DNA of 41,524 nucleotides from Thermoanaerobaculia bacterium (GTDB lineage Bacteria; Acidobacteriota; Thermoanaerobaculia; UBA5066; Gp7-AA6): NCBI GenBank assembly GCA_035646435.1, contig DASRPJ010000100.1, forward strand, positions 1-41,524, in the 5' to 3' direction. The notes beneath the pieces were generated by a model. That model did not search any database. It was not told the DNA's origin and saw nothing but the letters and a program-made list of their open reading frames with translations. This document shows positions 8,561 to 17,428 of this stretch, one piece after another (within the stretch, counting starts at the first letter, position 1; the number at the start of each line of letters is the position of its first letter). A program made the translations under genes and the position numbers.

Positions 8561-9972
8561 GCGCTCGAGCCGCCCGGACCGCGCTCCTGCCGTCGAAGGT
8601 CGCCGTGCTCGGTTTCGCGCGCAGCGGCCGTGCTCTGACGGACGCGCTTCTCGACCGCGGCGTCGAGGTCGCGGTCGCCGACGACAAGCCGCCGAGCGCG
8701 TTCGACGGGCTCGCCACGCTCGAGGCCCGAGGGGCGCGCTTCTTTTTCAGCGGGGAGGGATCTGACCCCCGAAGGGGGTCAGACCCCATACTCGACGGCG
8801 CCGGCTGGCTGGCTCTTTCACCGGGCGTGCCGACCCGGCATCCGATGGTCGCCGCAGCGCGGGGGCGAGGCGTCCCCGTGCTCTCCGAGCTCGAGATCGC
8901 GTGGCGGATCGCGGAAGACGAGACGCTGGGAAGGAACCGCTGGGTCGCGGTCACCGGCACGAACGGGAAATCCACGACGACCGCCTGGATCGCCGCGATC
9001 CTCGAACGCGGCGAGCGGCCCGTCGCGCTCGCCGGCAACATCGGCGCGCCGCTCTCCGGCTTCCTGGACAGCAGGGCGGGTCGCGACTTCGTGTGCGAGG
9101 TGTCCTCTTTCCGGCTGGAGACGATCGAGCGCTTCCGGCCCGACGTTGCCGTGCTCACGAACGTGACTCCCGACCACCTGGATCGTTACGCGAGCTTCGA
9201 GGACTACGCCGGCGCGAAAGCCCGCGTCTTCGAGAACCAGCGGGGGGAGGACTTCGCGGTCGTGAACGCCGATGACCCCGTCGCGAGCCGCTCGCGCTCC
9301 CGCGCGCGCCGGGTTCCCTTCTCCCGCCGGGGACCGGCGCCGGGCGGCACGTGGTACGAGGGGGGACGTCTCCTCTCCGAGGCGCGCGGCAAGCGCCGCG
9401 AGGTGATCCCGGTGGAACGGGTCGCCCTGCCCGGCGCGCACAACCTCGAGAACGCGCTCGCGGCTCTGGCGGCCGCGGAATGCCTCGAGGCGCCGACCGC
9501 CGAGATCGAAGACGGGCTCACGCGATTCTCCGGCCTCCCGCACCGCACCGAGCTCGTGCGCGAGGAGGACGGGGTGCGGTGGGTGAACGACTCGAAGGGA
9601 ACGAACGTGGACGCGACGGTCAAGTCGCTGGAGGGTCTGCCGGAGAGGAGCGTCGTGCTCATTCTCGGCGGCCGGGACAAGCACGGCGACTTCGGAAAGC
9701 TCGCCCGCCCGGTGGCGCGCGCGGCGCGCGCCGTCCTCACGATCGGCGAGGCGGCCCCGAAGATCGCGGCCGCCCTCGAGTCCCGCGTGCCCGTCGAGCC
9801 CTGCGGGACGCTCGATCGCGCGGTCGCGCGCGCGGCCGAGCTCGCAGGTCCGGGCGACACCGTGCTCCTGTCTCCCGCGTGCGCGTCCTTCGACCAGTAC
9901 GCGAACTTCGAGGAGCGGGGGGCGCACTTCGCTCAGTTGGTTGGGCGACTCGACCGAAGGGGAGGGATCTGA
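8557..9972 (+). CDS. murD: UDP-N-acetylmuramoylalanine--D-glutamate ligase MurD (carries an in-frame repeat insertion)
   Basis: ATG overlaps the mraY stop (ATGA); the upstream part of the track ORF starting at 8473 is rejected. N-terminal Rossmann VAVLGFARSG. P-loop VTGTNGKSTTT. DSKGTN motif. Confidence 0.92.
   Translation: MSARAARTALLPSKVAVLGFARSGRALTDALLDRGVEVAVADDKPPSAFDGLATLEARGARFFFSGEGSDPRRGSDPILDGAGWLALSPGVPTRHPMVAAARGRGVPVLSELEIAWRIAEDETLGRNRWVAVTGTNGKSTTTAWIAAILERGERPVALAGNIGAPLSGFLDSRAGRDFVCEVSSFRLETIERFRPDVAVLTNVTPDHLDRYASFEDYAGAKARVFENQRGEDFAVVNADDPVASRSRSRARRVPFSRRGPAPGGTWYEGGRLLSEARGKRREVIPVERVALPGAHNLENALAALAAAECLEAPTAEIEDGLTRFSGLPHRTELVREEDGVRWVNDSKGTNVDATVKSLEGLPERSVVLILGGRDKHGDFGKLARPVARAARAVLTIGEAAPKIAAALESRVPVEPCGTLDRAVARAAELAGPGDTVLLSPACASFDQYANFEERGAHFAQLVGRLDRRGGI
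8754..8790. repeat. 37-bp palindromic repeat, copy 1 (inside murD coding sequence)
   Basis: GGAGGGATCTGACCCCCGAAGGGGGTCAGACCCCATA. Perfect 10-bp stem TCTGACCCCC/GGGGGTCAGA. Read in the murD frame as GEGSDPRRGSDPI. Confidence 0.88.
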
Positions 9973-9997
9973 CCCCCTTCGGGGATCAGACCCCATA
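9961..9997. repeat. 37-bp palindromic repeat, copy 2 (murD 3' end / ftsW upstream)
   Basis: GGAGGGATCTGACCCCCTTCGGGGATCAGACCCCATA. Both flanks are identical to copy 1, the central loop is inverted (GAA vs TTC), and there is 1 stem mismatch. It contains the murD TGA (9970-9972) and ends 4 nt before the ftsW ATG. Confidence 0.88.
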
Positions 9998-10001
9998 GAG
10001 C

Positions 10002-11111
10002 ATGGCTAGAAAGCTCGCTACGGACAAAGTGCTCTTCGTGCCGCTCGTCGCGTTGTCGCTTTTCGGCCTCGTCATGATCTACAGCGCCTCCGCCGTCTCG
10101 TCCGCGCAGACGTCCGGCAGCCCCTACCGCTATCTCGTCAAGCAGATTGCGGCCCTCGTAGTCGGAGGGATCGTCGCATTCGTCGTCTCGCGCACCGACT
10201 ATCGGTTCTTCTCGCGGCCCTGGGTCGTCTACGTCGCGTTCGGCGGCGCGTTCGCGCTCTGCGTCGCGGCTCTCTTTCAGGCGCCGATCAACGCGGCGCG
10301 GCGCTGGATCCCGCTCGGGCCCGTGATGGTCCAGCCATCGGAACTCCTGAAGGTGGCACTCGTCCTGCTCCTCGCGTCGCTGATCGCGCGCAAGACGCTC
10401 GAGTCGGGCGACCCGCAGAAGGCCGTCAAGCCCGCTCTCTTCTTCACCCTGATCGCGGCCGCGGTCGTTCTTCTCGAGCCCGACCTCGGCACTGCGGCCT
10501 GCTACCTGATGCTCGTCGCCGTTCTTCTCTGGGTCGCCGGCGTCCGCGCGAAGCTCTTCCTCCTTCTCGGCGCCGCGGCGATCCCGCTGGCCGCCGCGGC
10601 GGCGCTCGGAGCGGACTACCGGCGCGCGCGACTCCTCTCCTTCCTGAACCCGGAAGCGGACCCGCTCGGCGCGGGGTTCCAGGCGCTCCAGTCCCTGATC
10701 GCGGTGGGGGCGGGGGGTCTCTTCGGAAACGGACTCGGCGCGAGCCGGCAGAAGCTGTTCTTCCTCCCCTATCCGCACACGGACTTCATCTTCGCGATCG
10801 TGGGGGAGGAGCTCGGCTTCATCGGCGCGGTCGGGGTCGTGCTCTGTTTCGGAGTGATTGCCTGGAGGGGTTTCCGCGCCGCCCGCCGGGCGCCGGACGC
10901 TTTCGGCGCGCTCCTCGCCGCGGGCGCGACCGCGATGCTCGTCGTGCAGGCCGCCGTGAACGTCAGCGTCGTTCTGGCCCTCGTGCCGACGAAGGGGATT
11001 CCCCTTCCGTTCGTGTCGTACGGAGGATCGTCGCTCGTCGCCTCCTGGATCGCCGCCGGGCTGATCCTGAACGTTTCGCAGCACGAAATCGAAAGGCCGG
11101 CCGAGACCTGA
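10002..11111 (+). CDS. ftsW: SEDS-family peptidoglycan glycosyltransferase FtsW
   Basis: Polytopic membrane protein of the FtsW/RodA/SpoVE family, with the conserved KGIPLPFVSYGGSS motif. Correct dcw position. Confidence 0.93.
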   Translation: MARKLATDKVLFVPLVALSLFGLVMIYSASAVSSAQTSGSPYRYLVKQIAALVVGGIVAFVVSRTDYRFFSRPWVVYVAFGGAFALCVAALFQAPINAARRWIPLGPVMVQPSELLKVALVLLLASLIARKTLESGDPQKAVKPALFFTLIAAAVVLLEPDLGTAACYLMLVAVLLWVAGVRAKLFLLLGAAAIPLAAAAALGADYRRARLLSFLNPEADPLGAGFQALQSLIAVGAGGLFGNGLGASRQKLFFLPYPHTDFIFAIVGEELGFIGAVGVVLCFGVIAWRGFRAARRAPDAFGALLAAGATAMLVVQAAVNVSVVLALVPTKGIPLPFVSYGGSSLVASWIAAGLILNVSQHEIERPAET

Positions 11112-11122
11112 GCGCCGAGAAT

Positions 11123-12202
11123 GTGGGCACCTACGTCATCGCCGCCGGCGGAACCGGCGGCCACGTCTTTCCGGGCATCGCGCTCGCGCGGGAGGTCCGC
11201 GCCCGGCGGCCCGAGGCGGGCGTCCTGTTCGTGGGGACCGGCCGCGGCCTCGAATCGAAGCTCGTGCCGGACGCGGGCTTCGCGCTCGAGCTCGTCCGCG
11301 CGTCCGGTTTCGCGGGGAAGCGCTTCGCCGCCCGGATCCGGTCTCTCCTCGAGCTCCCCGCCGGGTTCTTCCAGGCGCGGCGCCTCCTCGCGCGCCACCG
11401 GGCGCGCGCCGTGGCGGGCGTCGGCGGGTACGTGACGGTGCCGGTCCTCGTCGCCGCCCGGTCGCTCGGCGTCCCGACTCTCATCCACGAGTCGAACGCG
11501 TTTCCCGGGATCGCGAACCGGCTGCTCAACCGCTTCGCGACCCGCACGGCCGTCGGCCTGGCCGAAGCGAACCGGCGGCTCTCTCGCCCCGGCGTCGTGG
11601 TCGGGACGCCCGTCCGCCCGGAGTTTTTCGCGGTCCCGCCGATCGATCCGCTCGCGGCGACCCGGCGCCTCCTCGTCTTCGGCGGCAGCCAGGGAGCGCG
11701 GATCCTGAACCGCACCATGGCGGCGGCCGCGCCGCTCCTCGCCGCCGAGGGGATCGAGGTGATCCACCAGACGGGTGAAAGGGAGCTGGACGACACGCGC
11801 GCGCGCTACCGGGCCGTCCCCTCCGGCTGGAAGGTCGTGCCCTTCCTCCCGCGCATCCACGAGGAGCTCGCCTGGTCGGACCTCGTGCTCTCCCGGGCGG
11901 GATCCCAGACCCTGGCGGAGCTCGCCGCCGCCGGCCGGCCCGCGATCCTCGTCCCCTTCGGGGCGGCGACGCACGGCCACCAGGCGGGGAACGCGGACGT
12001 GTTCGCCCGGGCGGGAGCGGCGATCGCGATCGCGGAGACTTCCCTGTCCGCGGAAGGGCTCGCTCGCGCCGTCCGGGCGCTCTTCGAGCGGCGAGACGAG
12101 CTCGCCCGGATGGGGGAGCAAGCCCGAGCGTTCGCCCGCCCGGACGCCGCCCGCCTTCTCGCGGACCTCCTCTTCGAAGCCGAAGGAACGAAAGCGCTTT
12201 GA
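11123..12202 (+). CDS. murG: UDP-N-acetylglucosamine--N-acetylmuramyl-(pentapeptide) pyrophosphoryl-undecaprenol GlcNAc transferase MurG
   Basis: GTG start. N-terminal AAGGTGGHVFPGIALA G-loop. FGGSQGA motif. GT28 family. Confidence 0.93.
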   Translation: MGTYVIAAGGTGGHVFPGIALAREVRARRPEAGVLFVGTGRGLESKLVPDAGFALELVRASGFAGKRFAARIRSLLELPAGFFQARRLLARHRARAVAGVGGYVTVPVLVAARSLGVPTLIHESNAFPGIANRLLNRFATRTAVGLAEANRRLSRPGVVVGTPVRPEFFAVPPIDPLAATRRLLVFGGSQGARILNRTMAAAAPLLAAEGIEVIHQTGERELDDTRARYRAVPSGWKVVPFLPRIHEELAWSDLVLSRAGSQTLAELAAAGRPAILVPFGAATHGHQAGNADVFARAGAAIAIAETSLSAEGLARAVRALFERRDELARMGEQARAFARPDAARLLADLLFEAEGTKAL

Positions 12203-13608
12203 GGTTCCTCAAACTCTCCCGCATCCACTTCGTCGGCGCCGGCGGCGTCGGCATGAGCGGTCTCGCCGAGATCCTGCTCCTCTCGACGCCGCTCGAGATA
12301 AGCGGGTGCGACCGGGAGCAGAGCGAGAACACCGACCGGCTCGTCGCGCTCGGGGCGAAAGTCTCCCTCGGTCACGACCCCGCCCACCTCTCCGAGGTCG
12401 ACCTCCTCGTGATCTCGTCCGCGGTCGACGAGTCGAACCCGGAGGTCGCCGCCGCGCGCGAGCGGGGCGTCCCGGTGATCCGGCGGGCACAGATGCTCGG
12501 GCAGATCATGCGCCTGAAGCAGGGGATCGCGATCGCCGGCACCCATGGCAAGACGACGACGACGTCGCTGACCGGGATGGTGCTGACCGAGGCGGGTTTC
12601 GACCCGACGATCGTCGTCGGCGGGCGGGTGAGGATCCTCGGCACGAACGCGCGCCTCGGGCGCGGCGACTTCCTCGTCGCCGAAGCGGACGAGTACGACC
12701 GCTCGTTCCTGGAGCTCACGCCGGACGTCGCCGTCATCACCAACATCGAAGCGGACCACCTCGACTGCTACCGCGATCTCTCGGAGATCCTCGACGCGTT
12801 CGTCCTCTTCGCCAACCGCGTCCCCTTCTACGGAGCGGTCGTCGCCTGTCTGGACGATCCGGGAGTGGGCGCCGTGCTCTCCCGGGTCGAGAAACGCGTC
12901 GTGACGTACGGCGAGTCGCCCCAGGCGCACCTCCGGGCGCGGGAAATCCGGCTGGAGGCTTCCGGAACCCGCTTCGACGTCTGGGACTCCGAGCACGGAC
13001 GGCTGGGCGAGGTGCTGCTGCCTCTCCCCGGCCGGCACAACGTCGCGAACGCGCTCGCGGCGATCGCGGTCGGACGCGAGCTCCTGATTCCCTTCGAGAC
13101 GATCGCGCAGGCGCTCGCGGGTTTCACGGGAGTCATCCGCCGCTTCGAGAAGAAGGGGGAGCGGGGGGGCGTCCTCGTCGTCGACGACTACGCGCACCAC
13201 CCGACCGAGCTTTCGGCCACCCTCGCCGCGGCGCGGCAGGTGTACCCGGATCGCCGCCTGGTGGCGCTCTTCCAGCCACACCTCTACTCGCGCACCCGCG
13301 ACTTCGCCACCGAATTCGGGCGGGCCCTCCTCGGCGCCGACGTCGCGGTCGTGACGGACGTCTATCCCTCCCGCGAGAAGCCGCTCCCGGGCGTGACCGG
13401 GCAGCTCGTCGTGCGGTCGGCGCGCGAAGCGGGACACCGGAACCTCCTCTATATTGCTGACAAGAAACGAGTTGCTGACCGGCTGGAGCGGCTCCTGAAG
13501 CCGGGAGACCTCCTCCTGACGATGGGCGCCGGCGACGTCGTGCGGTTCGGCGAGGGCTACCTCGCGGGAGAGGGAATCCGGAGGGCGGCGGGCGATGCCG
13601 GAAAGTAG
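12199..13608 (+). CDS. murC: UDP-N-acetylmuramate--L-alanine ligase MurC
   Basis: TTG overlaps the murG stop (TTGA). HFVGAGGVGMSGLAEIL. P-loop AGTHGKTTTTS. DDYAHHPTE motif. Confidence 0.93.
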   Translation: MRFLKLSRIHFVGAGGVGMSGLAEILLLSTPLEISGCDREQSENTDRLVALGAKVSLGHDPAHLSEVDLLVISSAVDESNPEVAAARERGVPVIRRAQMLGQIMRLKQGIAIAGTHGKTTTTSLTGMVLTEAGFDPTIVVGGRVRILGTNARLGRGDFLVAEADEYDRSFLELTPDVAVITNIEADHLDCYRDLSEILDAFVLFANRVPFYGAVVACLDDPGVGAVLSRVEKRVVTYGESPQAHLRAREIRLEASGTRFDVWDSEHGRLGEVLLPLPGRHNVANALAAIAVGRELLIPFETIAQALAGFTGVIRRFEKKGERGGVLVVDDYAHHPTELSATLAAARQVYPDRRLVALFQPHLYSRTRDFATEFGRALLGADVAVVTDVYPSREKPLPGVTGQLVVRSAREAGHRNLLYIADKKRVADRLERLLKPGDLLLTMGAGDVVRFGEGYLAGEGIRRAAGDAGK

Positions 13609-14401
13609 GGACGGCGTTTCCTTCGTCGCGGTCGGGGGGCGGAACAAGTCGTTCCTGCGCCGCGGGGCGGTCGTGCCGCGGAGGCGAAAGAAGGGAAGGA
13701 GACTCCGCGTCGTCCTCGTCGCGCTCGTGATCGGCCTCTCCGGCGTCGGCCTCTATCGGTTCTTCGGAAGCTCGCTGTTCGCTCTTCAGCGCATCCAGGT
13801 GTCCGGCAACCACCGGGCGCGGACGGAGGAGATCCTGCGGACGGTCGAGCGCTGGCGTCGAGCCAACCTGATCGGGCTCGACCTCTCGCCGATCGCGCGC
13901 GCGATCGGAGTCCACCCGTGGATCGAACGGGTCACGATCTCGAAGCGATTGCCCGACGGCCTCGCGATCCGGATCGCGGAGCGGCGGGCGGTGGCTCTCT
14001 ATCGAGACGGCACTCGCCTCTGGTGGCTGTCCGCGGAAGGACGCCCGATCACCCTCTACGATCCGCGCGCGGATCCGAACGAGTACGTGCTCGTCGCCGG
14101 CGATCGCCGCGCGCTCCCCGAGGCGGTGGGGTTGCTCCTCGATCTTCGATCGACCTCGACGGACTATTTTTCCGCGCTCTCGGAAATATCGGCGCTGCCC
14201 GACGGCGGTTTCGGTATCATGGATTCGATCTTCCGAAGGCCGGTTCGGGTTCTTCGACGGGACGCTCCCGCGAAGATCCGCGCGCTGCTCGAAGCGCGGA
14301 GTTTCATCGATTCTCGTGGGTGGGAGGCGCGGGCCATCGATCTCCGCTTCGCGGACCGAATCGTTCTCGTCGGCGCCTACGGCGCCGGGAACACCCTATG
14401 A
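13595..14401 (+). CDS. ftsQ: Cell division protein FtsQ (POTRA domain)
   Basis: 14-nt overlap with murC. Basic N-terminus, one TM (LRVVLVALVIGLSGVGLY), then a POTRA-like IQVSGNHRARTEEI... and an FtsQ-type domain. Sits directly before ftsA. Confidence 0.85.
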   Translation: MPESRDGVSFVAVGGRNKSFLRRGAVVPRRRKKGRRLRVVLVALVIGLSGVGLYRFFGSSLFALQRIQVSGNHRARTEEILRTVERWRRANLIGLDLSPIARAIGVHPWIERVTISKRLPDGLAIRIAERRAVALYRDGTRLWWLSAEGRPITLYDPRADPNEYVLVAGDRRALPEAVGLLLDLRSTSTDYFSALSEISALPDGGFGIMDSIFRRPVRVLRRDAPAKIRALLEARSFIDSRGWEARAIDLRFADRIVLVGAYGAGNTL

Positions 14402-14416
14402 GCCGGCGTCGCAAGC

Positions 14417-15640
14417 ATGCCTAAACCCGAGAACTTTCTCGTCTCGTGCGACATCGGGACGTCGAAGATCTGCGTCCTGATCGGCGAGCAGAACGCCCAC
14501 GGCGCTCTCGACGTGATCGGCAAGGGCGCATCCACGAACCGCGGAACCCGGAAGGGAAACATCGTCAACGTCGACGCGACGATCGAGGCGATCAAGCGCG
14601 CCGCCGAAGAGGCCGAGATCATGGCGGGGGTCCAGATCTCCCGCGCCTGGGTCGGCATCTCCGGCTCGAACGTCCGCTCTTTCAACAGCCGCGGCGTCGT
14701 CGCCGTCGCCGGGAAGGACCGGGAGATCACGCGCGAAGACGTCAGCCGCGTCATCGACGCGGCCCGCGGCGTCCAGATCCCGCAGGACCACGAGGTCGTC
14801 CACGTCGTGCCGCGCGAGTTCGCGGTCGACGGCCAGGACGGGGTCGGAGACCCCACCGGGATGGTTGGGGCCCGGCTCGAAGCGGACGTCCACGTCGTCA
14901 CGGCGCCGGTCGCGGTGACCCAGAACATCGTCACCTGCATGAACAAGGCGGGGATCGAGGTCGTGGAGCTCGTGCTCGAGCAGTTCGCCGCCGCGGAGGC
15001 GGTGCTGACGACGGACGAAAAAGAGCTCGGGATCGTGCTGATCGACATCGGCGGGGGCACGACCGAGGTCGCCGTCTATCAGAAGGGATCGATCGCATAC
15101 ACGTCCGTCATCACGGTCGGAGGCGACCACTTCACGAACGACCTCGCCGTCGTGCTCCGTGCGCCGATCGGCGACGCCGAGAGGATCAAGAAGAAGCACG
15201 GCTCCGCGATGCGCGCCGGGGTGGGCGAAGACGAGATGGTCGAGGTCCCGATGGTGGGAGGCCGCGAGCCGAAGCTCTGTCCGCGCACGACGCTCGCGGA
15301 CATCCTCCAGCCGCGCGCCGAGGAGCTCCTCGTCATGATCCACGAAGACCTGCAGCGGCTCGGCGTCGACAAGGAGGTCCGCTCCGGGGTCGTCTTGACG
15401 GGCGGCGGCGCGGAGCTCGACGGCCTCGTGGAAGTCGCGGAGGGGATTTTCGAGGGCCCGGTGCGAAGGGGAGTCCCGTCCGGCGTGGGCGGGCTCGTGG
15501 ACGTGGTTTCGAGACCGGAGTGGGCGACGGCGACGGGCCTGCTGCTTTACGGGCACCGTCACAAGACGGTGCGCCGGCGGCCGCGCGGGATCTCGCGCGC
15601 CGCCGGGTCGGTGTCCCGGTTCTTCCGGGAGCTTTTCTGA
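14417..15640 (+). CDS. ftsA: Cell division protein FtsA
   Basis: Actin-like ATPase motifs [13 protein letters not shown] and [14 protein letters not shown]-terminal amphipathic tail [10 protein letters not shown]. Confidence 0.95.
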   Translation: MPKPENFLVSCDIGTSKICVLIGEQNAHGALDVIGKGASTNRGTRKGNIVNVDATIEAIKRAAEEAEIMAGVQISRAWVGISGSNVRSFNSRGVVAVAGKDREITREDVSRVIDAARGVQIPQDHEVVHVVPREFAVDGQDGVGDPTGMVGARLEADVHVVTAPVAVTQNIVTCMNKAGIEVVELVLEQFAAAEAVLTTDEKELGIVLIDIGGGTTEVAVYQKGSIAYTSVITVGGDHFTNDLAVVLRAPIGDAERIKKKHGSAMRAGVGEDEMVEVPMVGGREPKLCPRTTLADILQPRAEELLVMIHEDLQRLGVDKEVRSGVVLTGGGAELDGLVEVAEGIFEGPVRRGVPSGVGGLVDVVSRPEWATATGLLLYGHRHKTVRRRPRGISRAAGSVSRFFRELF

Positions 15641-15705
15641 GGGCGGGGGCCGCGCGGGAGCGGCGGGGCAGAAGGAATCCGAAACCGGGAGAAAGGGAGA
15701 GACCG

Positions 15706-16875
15706 ATGGTGATCGAACTCGTTGACGATTCGAAGTCGAGGATGGCGATCGAGCTGGAGCGGGGGGACGCCTCGCCGGCGACGATCAAAGTCATCGGGGT
15801 GGGCGGCGGCGGGTGCAACGCGGTCAACCGCATGATCGCGGCGGAAGTGCGCGGCGTCGAGTACGTCGCGTGCAACACGGACCTTCAGGCGCTGCGGAAG
15901 ACGTCCGCGTCGACGAAGCTCCAGATCGGCGGGCGGCTCACGAAGGGCCTCGGCGCGGGAGCGGATCCGGACGTCGGCCGCAACGCGGCGCTCGAAGATC
16001 AGGAAAAGCTGTCGCACATCGTCCAGGGCGCCGACATGGTGTTCATCGCCGCGGGTCTCGGCGGCGGCACGGGATCGGGCGCCGGTCCCATCATCGCCAA
16101 GCTCGCCGCGGAGTCGGGCGCGCTCACCGTCGCCGTCGTCACGAAACCCTTCGACTTCGAGGGCAAGAAGCGGATGCGCCAGGCGGAGAAGGCGGCGCGG
16201 GAGCTGCGCGAGCACGTCGATACGCTGATCACGATCCCGAACCAGCGGCTCCTTTCGTTCGTGGAGCGGAACACCCCGTTCCACGAGTCCTTCAAGATCG
16301 CGGACGACGTCCTCCGGCAGGCGATCCAGGGGATCGCGGACCTGATCAACTGTCCGGGCGTCATCAACCGGGACTTCGCCGACGTCAAGAAGATCATGTC
16401 GGACATGGGGCGCGCGATGATGGGGACGGCGACCGCCGAGGGCGAGAACCGGGCGGTTCACGCGGCCCAGGCGGCGATTTCCTCCCCGCTCCTCGAGGAC
16501 GCGTCGATCGAGGGGGCGCGCGGGGTGCTCCTCAACATCACGGGAGGCCCGGACCTCGGGCTCTACGAGGTCAACGAGGCGGCCGAGATCATCCGCCAGG
16601 CCGCGGACCCCGAAGCCGTCATCCTCTTCGGCTACGTGAGCGACGAGCGGATGACGGGCGCCGTGAAGGTGACCGTGATCGCGACCGGCTTCGACCGGGC
16701 CGATCTCGCCGCGGACGAGCGCGAGCGGGAAGAGGAGGAGCCCCGCGCCTTTGCCGCTCCACGCGGCGGGCGTACGCCCTTCCTGCGCGGCGACGACTCG
16801 GGCGGCTTCGGGCCGAACTCCTCTTCGCGCGACGACTTCGACATCCCGACGATCCTCCGGCGCCAAATGGACTAG
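15706..16875 (+). CDS. ftsZ: Cell division GTPase FtsZ
   Basis: ATG at 15706 preceded by [21 protein letters not shown] and tubulin signature [14 protein letters not shown]-terminal [11 protein letters not shown] peptide. The upstream part of the 14446..16875 track ORF is an artefact. Confidence 0.97.
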   Translation: MVIELVDDSKSRMAIELERGDASPATIKVIGVGGGGCNAVNRMIAAEVRGVEYVACNTDLQALRKTSASTKLQIGGRLTKGLGAGADPDVGRNAALEDQEKLSHIVQGADMVFIAAGLGGGTGSGAGPIIAKLAAESGALTVAVVTKPFDFEGKKRMRQAEKAARELREHVDTLITIPNQRLLSFVERNTPFHESFKIADDVLRQAIQGIADLINCPGVINRDFADVKKIMSDMGRAMMGTATAEGENRAVHAAQAAISSPLLEDASIEGARGVLLNITGGPDLGLYEVNEAAEIIRQAADPEAVILFGYVSDERMTGAVKVTVIATGFDRADLAADEREREEEEPRAFAAPRGGRTPFLRGDDSGGFGPNSSSRDDFDIPTILRRQMD

Positions 16876-16876
16876 C

Positions 16877-17023
16877 GGGGTCAGGTCTTCACTGATCACC
16901 AGGAAGCTGAATACGCCTCACTGGTCCTGACACTTTGCTTCGGCAAAGTGTCAGGTGAAGACCTGACCCCTCTTCGTACCGAGTCGCCACGCCCGGCAAA
17001 GTGTCCGGTGAAGACCTGACCCC
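16877..17023. repeat. MITE-like element with 16-bp perfect terminal inverted repeats plus a partial direct duplication
   Basis: GGGGTCAGGTCTTCAC at 16877-16892. Its exact reverse complement GTGAAGACCTGACCCC is at 16955-16970 and again at 17008-17023. A 30-nt direct repeat CGGCAAAGTGTC(A/C)GGTGAAGACCTGACCCC occurs at 16941-16970 and 16994-17023. Confidence 0.82.
16927..16954. terminator. Perfect 12-bp hairpin with TTCG loop between convergent ftsZ and the YbaN-like gene
   Basis: CTGACACTTTGC-TTCG-GCAAAGTGTCAG. There is no flanking U-tract, so a role as an intrinsic terminator is uncertain. Confidence 0.35.
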
Positions 17024-17025
17024 GC

Positions 17026-17373
17026 TTAGTCCCGGCGGTGGAGGTGCATCCGGTCCGCGAGCGCCCTGCGGCGCCGGATCATGGCGAGCCTCTTCTGCCG
17101 TCCCTTGTCCCGCCAGCGCTTGTAGGCGTGGGCCATTTTCGGGTGCCCGTGAAGGAACTTGCGCACTTTTCGGCGCACCGTCGGAGAGACGAGCGACAGG
17201 AACAGGATCCCCATCGCGAAGAAGAGGATCTGCGGCATTACGGGGATCAGGAGCCCGATGAACCCGAGGATGAAGAAGAAGATCGCGAGGGCGAGGTTCA
17301 ACGCTTTGTTCCGCCGGACTCGGGACGGCCGAGGCAAATCGACCGGCGGAGGCGTCGGGACGGCGGCGCTCAT
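17026..17373 (-). CDS. Small inner-membrane protein, YbaN/DUF454-like
   Basis: 115 aa with two hydrophobic segments (LALAIFFFILGFIGLLIPVMPQILFFAMGILFLSLVSP), resembling the YbaN LGxxGxxLPxLP pattern. Basic C-terminal tail. Confidence 0.65.
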   Translation of the reverse strand: MSAAVPTPPPVDLPRPSRVRRNKALNLALAIFFFILGFIGLLIPVMPQILFFAMGILFLSLVSPTVRRKVRKFLHGHPKMAHAYKRWRDKGRQKRLAMIRRRRALADRMHLHRRD

Positions 17374-17428
17374 CGCGCTACCTTAGCGAAAGCGAGAGGC
17401 CCGCGCGAGTCTGCGGAGCGCGGGAGGG

